Shown here: in pieces, positions 16,621 through 24,254 of the stretch
Layout: the number at the start of each line of letters is the position of its first letter
How positions within the stretch are numbered: position 1 is the first letter of the stretch
Virus record (IMG/VR): IMGVR_UViG_3300032135_000036
Coordinates: 1-34,192 of that record
Origin: a virus
Lineage: Duplodnaviria > Caudoviricetes
Strand: one strand, 5' to 3'
Length of the DNA: 34,192 bases
Made by a program: the position numbers and the translations under genes
The notes under the pieces: generated by a model
Told to the model about the DNA's origin: nothing
What the model saw: the letters and a program-made list of their open reading frames with translations, nothing else
The model's database searches: none

Positions 16621-16875
16621 TTAAAATTTTAAACTTTTGTAATAGTTGTTTATTCCTTTTCTGTTTTTAAAAGCTATATTTATTAATTTGTTAAACTCTA
16701 TTTGCTTTTCTTCATCAAATATTCTAGCACCAGCTGCGTTCCATCTGTAAGTATTTTCAGTTTGCACTTCGTTTAGAGTGTAAAAAAATCCTTCCCATTT
16801 TGTGTTTTCAAATCCTCCCATTGCATCCATTAAGAATTGCCTAGCATCTTCTTTATTTTTTATCACTTTAACCAC
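16621..16875 (-). CDS. Hypothetical protein
   Basis: First ORF after the strong promoter. Confidence 0.6.
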   Translation of the reverse strand: MVKVIKNKEDARQFLMDAMGGFENTKWEGFFYTLNEVQTENTYRWNAAGARIFDEEKQIEFNKLINIAFKNRKGINNYYKSLKF

Positions 16876-16910
16876 TCCTTACGTTTTGTTTTATTTGTTT
16901 TGTTACTCTT

Positions 16911-16939
16911 ATTTTACACCGTATAGCGTACGTTGTCAA
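16911..16939 (-). promoter_or_regulatory. Strong sigma-A promoter driving the small-gene array
   Basis: TTGACA-N17-TAAAAT; palindromic CGTA-N5-TACG in the spacer. Confidence 0.75.
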
Positions 16940-17081
16940 TACATATTATAAATATAATACAAATATATTTTTGTATAAAAAAAGAAAGGTTTTACCCTCT
17001 CTTTTAACTATTCTCTTTCGTTTTCCTTATATGTTACAAAAAATAAAAATAAACCCCAAGGATTTCTCCCCAGGGTATTAA

Positions 17082-17396
17082 TTATTCTATGCTATCATTT
17101 ATTTCATTATCATCTAGTTTATCTTTAGCTTTAACATATAAGTAATGTATTATATTTCTCATTCGTTCTCTATTTATAAAAATAGTAATTTTTTTAGGTA
17201 GGAATTGAAAAGCCTTATCTACTACCCAGTTTTCTTGTTTTTGTCCACCATTTAAAATAAAATCCTTTGCCTTGTCTTTTGCCTGAAGCATTAAAGCAAA
17301 TAGAATTGTTTTAAATTTCTGCCACTCCAATGCTGCGTATAATACTACTGCTAATACTAATATAATTATAAATCTATATTCAAATATTAAATCCAT
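17082..17396 (-). CDS. Holin-like membrane protein
   Basis: N-terminal transmembrane segment, GG.KQ..WV motif, directly downstream of the endolysin. Confidence 0.6.
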   Translation of the reverse strand: MDLIFEYRFIIILVLAVVLYAALEWQKFKTILFALMLQAKDKAKDFILNGGQKQENWVVDKAFQFLPKKITIFINRERMRNIIHYLYVKAKDKLDDNEINDSIE

Positions 17397-17455
17397 TTTT
17401 AATAATTACCTCCTAAAATTTATTTAGATAGAGAAGATCACCCAACCTTTCGTTG

Positions 17456-18163
17456 TTATTTAGTTACCGCTGCTATATATGCCTTTAGTTTTATTTTAGC
17501 TGCTGTGGTATTAGTTCCGTTTAATCCATCCTCTACAAGTGGTTTACCGTTAGCACCTCGTATTCCCACCCTATTACATACCTTTTGCAATAAAATAATT
17601 TTGTTATAGTTATTTGACACTGTTTTCACCTCTTTATTTAATAAAATACCTACATCAAAAATATTATGGTCAACTGGAATACTACCTATTATTTGTGAAT
17701 CTGAATATTGCCACCCTACACTTTTAATATTAGGCCTATTTTTATTGTAATAAGCTATCCATAAAGGTAAATCTTTAACAGTATAATCCAGGTTATTATT
17801 ATAAAAATAAAGCCCTGTATAAATACAAGGTTCTTTTTTTTGTGATATTAAATAATCAGCAAACTTTCTTACTCTTAAACTTGCACCTACTGCATCTGTT
17901 TCAACATCTATAGCATATTTACAATCACTCTCTAACCCTGCTATAGCCCATAAAAAATGATTAGCTTCGTCAATCGGATTATTAGTCCTTAAAAAATGAT
18001 AAAACCCAATTTTCAAACCTTTTGCTTTAGCTTTTTGATATTGTAATTTTAATAGAGGATTAGTATATGTAAGCCCCTCTGTTGCTTTAATATAAACTAT
18101 TTGAGCCTTTATTTTGCTGAAATCTAAATTTAATTGATATGCTGAAATGTCTATGCCTTGCAT
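17456..18163 (-). CDS. Endolysin, GH25 muramidase
   Basis: GIDISAYQ, YIKATEG, GFYHF, DVE, LWIAYY, WQYS; C-terminal peptidoglycan-binding-like LVEDG..G..T. Confidence 0.95.
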   Translation of the reverse strand: MQGIDISAYQLNLDFSKIKAQIVYIKATEGLTYTNPLLKLQYQKAKAKGLKIGFYHFLRTNNPIDEANHFLWAIAGLESDCKYAIDVETDAVGASLRVRKFADYLISQKKEPCIYTGLYFYNNNLDYTVKDLPLWIAYYNKNRPNIKSVGWQYSDSQIIGSIPVDHNIFDVGILLNKEVKTVSNNYNKIILLQKVCNRVGIRGANGKPLVEDGLNGTNTTAAKIKLKAYIAAVTK

Positions 18164-18174
18164 TATATAACCCC

Positions 18175-18378
18175 CTACCTCTCTATTCTCTCGATTAATT
18201 TATCTAGTTTAATATTAACTGTATTTGTTAATTCTCCTATTATTTGCTGATATTTTGCTTCTCTTTCTTCACTTTTCAAATCCCTTGTTTCCTGTTTTTT
18301 CAAAACATAAATAAATAAAAAGAAAAACATTGCATATCCTAGTCCTTGTCCTAAAGCCATTTTCATTATTGCATCCAT
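18175..18378 (-). CDS. BhlA/UviB-family holin
   Basis: QGLGYAMFFFLFIYVLK...REAKYQQII..L. Confidence 0.88.
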   Translation of the reverse strand: MDAIMKMALGQGLGYAMFFFLFIYVLKKQETRDLKSEEREAKYQQIIGELTNTVNIKLDKLIERIER

Positions 18379-18568
18379 TTGTAAATCCCTCCCATTGCCT
18401 TTTTTCTTGATAGAGGGTATTATAAATTTATCCTCTAAACTAATCTTTAGTGGGTAAGTAATTTGCAGTGGTATACGTTAATATACCACTGCATTTTATT
18501 ATTTTTTGGTATTAAAAAAGGACCTTTTAAGGCCCCTTATATTGTATTATTTAAATATAACGCTAATT

Positions 18569-18590
18569 ACATCATATTATCCAATTGTGC
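18569..18590 (-). repeat. 22-bp cassette-boundary site (GCACAAT-TGGATAAT-ATGATGT)
   Basis: 7 nt after the SGNH gene stop; direct degenerate repeat of 21014-21035. Confidence 0.75.
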
Positions 18591-18597
18591 AACATTG

Positions 18598-19755
18598 CTA
18601 AATTGCAATAGCCTTTATGCCATCAAGCGTTTGTACCCTCAATGGTGATGCTGAACTATCTGTTATATCTACAAATCGAAAACATTTTATTCCATCATAT
18701 GCTTGTATTCGTAAAGAATTTTTATCGATACTCTCTATATTGTAATATGGAATATTTAAGGTTTCGTTTGTTAACTGTAATTTTATATATCCTTCTGTAG
18801 TTAAAACAGGCAAGGATATTTCTATTTGTGAAGCCACAAAATCTGCAAATATCTGTTTGCCTACACTTCCGAGGTGATATGTGTCTGTTTGCCATGTCAA
18901 GCTATCCCAAATTGATGATGTTGTAATATATTTAGTATTGATTTTTGATACTGACAATTCTTGCAATGCTGTACCATATTGGTCAAAATTCTTACTATTA
19001 ACAACATTTCTTGGTGCTTGTAATAGATATATTATTGCTTGTGGTTGGTCTGCTCTGATTTTATCAATAAGCGAACTAATAGAGGTTTTGTAACTCGCTA
19101 TACTTATACCTCCAGCGTAGTCATTAACACCTAAACATATTACTACGTCATTAAAAACACCATCACCATATTTATTTATTCCACCAGCTTGATATGGGTA
19201 ATAAGAATTAATATCACTTGCTTTAGCACCACCATATGCAATAGGGTATACATTATATTTAGTTGTGTCCATAAGCCTAATCCAGTCATTCCATGCACTC
19301 ATCCAACTATCTCCTAGACACATAACCTTTGTACTACCTACGGGATAAGGAAGAATTTGACCCCCATCATTAATTGTTATGCTTTTCAACTTAATATATG
19401 GTACTCCATCAATTTGATTAAAAGGCTGATTTGCGGATAATTTAAATATTACATCGTGGACATTTGAATCGGGTAAATTAATAACAACACTTCGTTCACC
19501 TGTAACAACCTCACCAATATTAGCTAAATTATTTGATGTTGTTACTATGTCGTTATCAATGTTTGAAGCAATAGCACAAGGAGCACCATCCGCTACGGTT
19601 TTAATGTCACAGGTTAGTGTAATGGTTGAAGTTCCTATTACTCGAAACCTTACAAGATTACCTTGCCATGCTGATTGCATACCTATTATAGGAGTTAAAA
19701 ATCTACCACTATAGAGTATATTTTCATTACTATAAGGTATTATCATTATATCCAC
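18598..19755 (-). CDS. SGNH/GDSL hydrolase (putative carbohydrate deacetylase)
   Basis: CLGDSW, GG, LGVND, DTYH catalytic blocks after a beta-rich N-terminal domain. Confidence 0.85.
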   Translation of the reverse strand: MDIMIIPYSNENILYSGRFLTPIIGMQSAWQGNLVRFRVIGTSTITLTCDIKTVADGAPCAIASNIDNDIVTTSNNLANIGEVVTGERSVVINLPDSNVHDVIFKLSANQPFNQIDGVPYIKLKSITINDGGQILPYPVGSTKVMCLGDSWMSAWNDWIRLMDTTKYNVYPIAYGGAKASDINSYYPYQAGGINKYGDGVFNDVVICLGVNDYAGGISIASYKTSISSLIDKIRADQPQAIIYLLQAPRNVVNSKNFDQYGTALQELSVSKINTKYITTSSIWDSLTWQTDTYHLGSVGKQIFADFVASQIEISLPVLTTEGYIKLQLTNETLNIPYYNIESIDKNSLRIQAYDGIKCFRFVDITDSSASPLRVQTLDGIKAIAI

Positions 19756-21287
19756 CGCATAGCTACTGATAAATTAGCTGTTGTTGTATCTGTTGTCGAC
19801 CATGTACTGGTGGCTACATCATAATTTTTGCAAGTATAACCGTTTATACTATATATTGCGGTTCTGTAAAGTACGGTTTTTTCAACTCCTGTTCCTGCTA
19901 CTAAAACGAACCAATATTCACCCGCAACCAAATTCAAGGGTGACAATAAAGTGGCATCTCTCCATACATAATCAGATTCAGCTACATTTAATGTTGTTGT
20001 TTTATCATCTGCAATTGGTATATATATTATTTCTTCTCTTATTAATGCTCCATAGATGCCACCATTATTAGCATATACTTTTAATTTTAATGGTAAAAAC
20101 ACATTATTTAAAAAGTTAGTGCCATCTGAACATTTACATACTTTTGCTCCGAATTTTGAAATGGTTATATCATTTAATGTTACCAATGTAGACGATTTAA
20201 ATGGATTACTTCCACCTATCGATTTAAATGTTGAATAAGCATTATTTAGTGTAGTATTAAATCCTAACATCCACATTTGACCTATTTTGGGTTGTATAGG
20301 ATTATCAAATAATTGCTCAATTAATAATTTATTTTGTAATACAAAAATATCATTAGCATTTGTTTTTATTTCATCTTTTAATGTAGAAAAGGTACTTATT
20401 ATTGGGATAACAAAATACTCAATGGAATTTTTCAAGGTTGTTGAACTTAAAAATATTATATTATTATCAATAGCATCACCAACAAAGGTATAATTAGTGA
20501 AGCCTGTCTGCAAAGTATAGTGTAATTTGCAAACTCCCGTATAGATTCCAATATACCATCCTTTCTGCACTTGTAGTTGTAGAGGAAATATATTTTTTCC
20601 TGCTATAGCCGTAACTTGGGATTCATTTTGTAAATTAAAAGTTCCATCAGCATTTTTAGAAAATATTTTTATTTTAATAGCCCCTGCCTCGGTTTGATAA
20701 GTTGAAACTGATGTTAATTTACCATTTAATTTTATAGGGTCTTCATTAATTTTTGTTCTTCCTGCTGTACCCTCTGAACCTAATAAAGCTTTTACAATAC
20801 TGTGATTATCAACTGTAAATCCTGTTATATCATCAGATAACATTGAAACATCGATAGTTTTTTCAGCGGGAATATTACTATAAGTTATTGGAGATACTCC
20901 CGTAATAAGCGATTTTGTATGGTCATCAAAATCACTTTCAGCATTAATTTTTATAGACTTATCTCTCTTTAAAGCATCTTGACTATCTACATAAGTTACA
21001 TCTGATTTTTCTGTCGTCATATTTGCCAATGACGAATCAATTTTTTCAATTTTAACTGGTAAACTTACTTCTCCACTTCTCGCTGCAACAATTTCAGCAT
21101 TGCTACTACCTGCATTAATGATTAAGTCATCAAATACAATTTTCTGTGCATCTTGTTTAGCTGTAGTACTTACTGTTTCTGTATTAATAACCTCTATACC
21201 ACTTGCTAGTGCTTCTCTTACTTCTTCGCCTAATACTGCCTGTCTTATTTCAGCTACTTTACTTGTAACGTCTGCCAAAAATATCAT
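19746..21287 (-). CDS. Tail fibre / receptor-binding protein
   Basis: N-terminal IRQAVLGEEVRE...NAEIVAAR baseplate anchor, beta-rich C-terminus, position after Tal. Start ATG 21287 or TTG 21278. Confidence 0.75.
   Translation of the reverse strand: MIFLADVTSKVAEIRQAVLGEEVREALASGIEVINTETVSTTAKQDAQKIVFDDLIINAGSSNAEIVAARSGEVSLPVKIEKIDSSLANMTTEKSDVTYVDSQDALKRDKSIKINAESDFDDHTKSLITGVSPITYSNIPAEKTIDVSMLSDDITGFTVDNHSIVKALLGSEGTAGRTKINEDPIKLNGKLTSVSTYQTEAGAIKIKIFSKNADGTFNLQNESQVTAIAGKNIFPLQLQVQKGWYIGIYTGVCKLHYTLQTGFTNYTFVGDAIDNNIIFLSSTTLKNSIEYFVIPIISTFSTLKDEIKTNANDIFVLQNKLLIEQLFDNPIQPKIGQMWMLGFNTTLNNAYSTFKSIGGSNPFKSSTLVTLNDITISKFGAKVCKCSDGTNFLNNVFLPLKLKVYANNGGIYGALIREEIIYIPIADDKTTTLNVAESDYVWRDATLLSPLNLVAGEYWFVLVAGTGVEKTVLYRTAIYSINGYTCKNYDVATSTWSTTDTTTANLSVAMRWI
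21014..21035 (-). repeat. 22-bp site with perfect arms inside the tail fibre gene (TCGTCAT-TGGCAAAT-ATGACGA)
   Basis: Perfect 7-bp inverted arms and 8-bp spacer; encodes SSLANMT. Confidence 0.8.
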
Positions 21288-21349
21288 ATCCTTTCGTTCT
21301 ATAATTTTTTGCATTAAAATAGACACCCTTTTGAGTGTCTTAATTTTAA

Positions 21350-21688
21350 TTATTCAACTATAAATTTCATATCTACAGTTTCATTTAATGTAGATCCATC
21401 TTTTGCTGCAACCGATTCTATATTGAGTGTATATTCGCCCTCTTTATAATTAACAAATGGAACTACTGTTACTTTGTTATCTTTTATATACACCATACAT
21501 GGCACGAATATATTATTTTTATCTGCTATATTCATGCGAATAGTTTCAATATCTTTATTAAATGTAATTGTCCATATTTTATCAGGTTTTATATTATTTA
21601 CTGTAGGAAATGTCCTTGCAAAAACATTAATATTAAAACTAAGCATAATTAATAATGTAAAAGCAATTATTTTATTTTTCATATTCAA
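21350..21688 (-). CDS. Secreted Ig-like domain protein (moron)
   Basis: Signal peptide ending VFA; K.WTITFNK...V.P...Y..GEYTL.I; own promoter and terminator. Confidence 0.75.
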   Translation of the reverse strand: MNMKNKIIAFTLLIMLSFNINVFARTFPTVNNIKPDKIWTITFNKDIETIRMNIADKNNIFVPCMVYIKDNKVTVVPFVNYKEGEYTLNIESVAAKDGSTLNETVDMKFIVE

Positions 21689-21753
21689 ATGCCCCTTTTC
21701 TTTATTTTACTTTTATTATATAACATAAATACATAATTGTAAAATTTTATATT

Positions 21754-23553
21754 TTACGCTGGTGGTGGAGGTGTATAAGCATGTGCTGCTACATAAGATG
21801 CTACCCAACTTTGTGTTGCTATAGTTTGATTATTTATTGCACCTGAAGTTTCTGTTAAATAAGTTACTGGAGATTGACTGGAATTTAAAACCGCTATTGC
21901 TGGTCCATTTCCGCTACCAGCGTAGGCCATAACTCTTACTATACCTGAACTATCTTTTAAATTTATAGTACCAGCACCATAAAGAGTTGAAATTCCTAAC
22001 TCTAACCTAGGTAAAGCTAAATTATCATCATATAAAATAATAGTTCCACCACGATTTGTTCCTGTCCCATTTTCACTACCTACTTTTACATTTAAGTTAC
22101 CATTATTATCGTAAATTTGCATTAAACCACCATTAGCATTTTTATAATTTTGGATTAATTTAACTCCATTTAATACAGTTTTTTGTTCGCCCTCAAAAGT
22201 TCCATTTATTGCATTAATATTATTAAAGGTTCCTTCATTTGCTGTCATATTATTAAAAGTTCCTTCATTTGCTGTCATACCATTTGCAGTAATATCAATG
22301 GCGAATAATTTACCATTAACATCTACATAAAAAACTTTTTTAGTATCATTTTCAATGTTTATTCCTTCTGTCGCATTAAGTGTAGTTATTACATTATTAT
22401 CACTTCTTACTATTCTAATACCAAAGCTATCACCTATTTGTACACCATTACTAACGGATTCTTTTTGTATACTAGATTTTCTTAAATCATTTATTGAAGA
22501 ACTTAATTTAACAGGGAAATTTGCTATAGTTAATTTTGGATCATAAGGCTGTAGTAAATCTAAATCTATTTGCACTATCTTAGCAATGCTGTCAATGCTC
22601 ATTATTGGATTAAATAAACGTAAATCAACTCCAAGCTCAAATTGTTCTGTTTTTTCTCCTGTCAAATAACTTAAATCTAATGCGTTTGATTCTAATAATA
22701 GTAAAGGTTGCGTGTAATTACTTAAATCAGCTAAACAAGTATTATATAATTCTGTCGGATCTATAATATCCTTATACTCAACAGTTTTTTCAATGATTCC
22801 ATATTTTATTTTTGCTGTAGCATCCTCTATATAATCTATTCCACCATTTATACTAGTTATAGTAAGATTATTAGCTCCTAAAGGAATTATTCTAGTTCCT
22901 AATGTAGTTACATCTTTACTTTTTATCATATCTTTCATGTTCTCGCCTAATCCAACATTTATAGTAGTTGTACTAAAACTTTGTAACCAATCCATATATA
23001 AAATTCCATTGGTTTCACGAACTTTTATATCTCCACCTATCTTTTCTCTTACCGCTAATATTGATGCTAAAGTTGTTTCATAACTGCAACTATATGCTAC
23101 ACTTCCAATAACATCAACATCACCAACTATTATATTTTTACTATCATCTACTTTACTATTATGTATTGCTAATATTTCTGATAAAAACAAAGTAGGATTA
23201 ATAGTTATAAAAGCATTAGCACGTTGTTTGCTATCATTTAAATAACTCAACGCACCCTCACACGTAATTTCTTTGTAAAATAGTCCATCACTACCCATTT
23301 TTTCGTTAATGTCTAATACACGCCCTGTGTAGCGTATTGTATTATCTCTCGTATCTATTACTTTTACTTTTGTGGTTAACTCAAACAGATTATTATATCC
23401 ATTACTATTTGAATAAAGAATAAAAGAAAGACTACCAACTTGTGATAATCCCTCTTTTAATGGCAACTGTGCTATGTGAGGTGCTTCTTTATCTGCATTA
23501 GGATAATGTATTATAGTTTCTATTCCATTATTATATAAACTAACTTGATACAC
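21754..23553 (-). CDS. Tail-associated protein (Tal / tail spike, prophage endopeptidase-like)
   Basis: Follows Dit; CEGALSYLND, TRIIPLG, YIED..A...YGII; C-terminal beta repeats including 2x MTANEGTFNN. Confidence 0.85.
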   Translation of the reverse strand: MYQVSLYNNGIETIIHYPNADKEAPHIAQLPLKEGLSQVGSLSFILYSNSNGYNNLFELTTKVKVIDTRDNTIRYTGRVLDINEKMGSDGLFYKEITCEGALSYLNDSKQRANAFITINPTLFLSEILAIHNSKVDDSKNIIVGDVDVIGSVAYSCSYETTLASILAVREKIGGDIKVRETNGILYMDWLQSFSTTTINVGLGENMKDMIKSKDVTTLGTRIIPLGANNLTITSINGGIDYIEDATAKIKYGIIEKTVEYKDIIDPTELYNTCLADLSNYTQPLLLLESNALDLSYLTGEKTEQFELGVDLRLFNPIMSIDSIAKIVQIDLDLLQPYDPKLTIANFPVKLSSSINDLRKSSIQKESVSNGVQIGDSFGIRIVRSDNNVITTLNATEGINIENDTKKVFYVDVNGKLFAIDITANGMTANEGTFNNMTANEGTFNNINAINGTFEGEQKTVLNGVKLIQNYKNANGGLMQIYDNNGNLNVKVGSENGTGTNRGGTIILYDDNLALPRLELGISTLYGAGTINLKDSSGIVRVMAYAGSGNGPAIAVLNSSQSPVTYLTETSGAINNQTIATQSWVASYVAAHAYTPPPPA

Positions 23554-24254
23554 TATAAATTCACCTTCCTATATAAAAATTTAATATTTCCAGTACCATT
23601 GATAACTATTGTATTATATCCGTTTAATAATTTTAAACCATAGATCTTATTATCACCAGTAACTAGATTGTAAGTTATTCCGCCTACTATAACGTTCATA
23701 CTAGCATTGCAATTAATTGTAGGTGCAATTAGTCTACCGTAATTATAAAGGTTCACTGTATCCGTTGTGACTACATCAAATGTATTAGTTTGTATAATAT
23801 CTTCCTCAAAATTAAAAGTATCCCAAATATCAGCGCCAACATAATCCACACTAGTTTTAAAAGGTTCTGCAATAAATTTAACTGTAATTTCTGCAATATT
23901 ATTAGATTCTAATATTTCAATGCCATCTTCTGCTTCTGCTAAAAAGTAATAATCTTTTATATCATCAAAAATCAATTGTTGTTGTGAAATATCTTGCAAC
24001 CATGCTTTTATTTTAGTTATTTCTGTGTGTAATTTAGCTTTACTATAAGAAACTATCGTAAACTTAACATCTATACCTCTTTGCGTGTATGTTGCTTCTC
24101 CATTACTCCCAAGCGTACTAAAATCATAAGTGCTATTCATAAAAGGCACACTAACTTTTATTTTTTTCTTTGATGCTGTGCCTATTTCTTTACTGTTTAA
24201 TATCAAGTTAAAATCTGTAAAGGAATGTTTTCCATTAAATTTTATACCTTTCAA
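23553..24254 (-). CDS. Distal tail protein (Dit)
   Basis: GIKFNGKHS..DF.L, VPFMN.TYDFS, F.AEPF; position after the tape measure. Confidence 0.85.
   Translation of the reverse strand: MKGIKFNGKHSFTDFNLILNSKEIGTASKKKIKVSVPFMNSTYDFSTLGSNGEATYTQRGIDVKFTIVSYSKAKLHTEITKIKAWLQDISQQQLIFDDIKDYYFLAEAEDGIEILESNNIAEITVKFIAEPFKTSVDYVGADIWDTFNFEEDIIQTNTFDVVTTDTVNLYNYGRLIAPTINCNASMNVIVGGITYNLVTGDNKIYGLKLLNGYNTIVINGTGNIKFLYRKVNL

Noticed and set aside
3706-21035. 22-bp repeats as a CRISPR array or DGR
   Set aside because: Dispersed and degenerate with gene-sized intervals; no cas or reverse transcriptase gene; the duplicated gene's differences are not adenine-specific.
22220-22280. 30-bp tandem repeat in Tal
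   Set aside because: Ordinary in-frame structural repeat (MTANEGTFNN).
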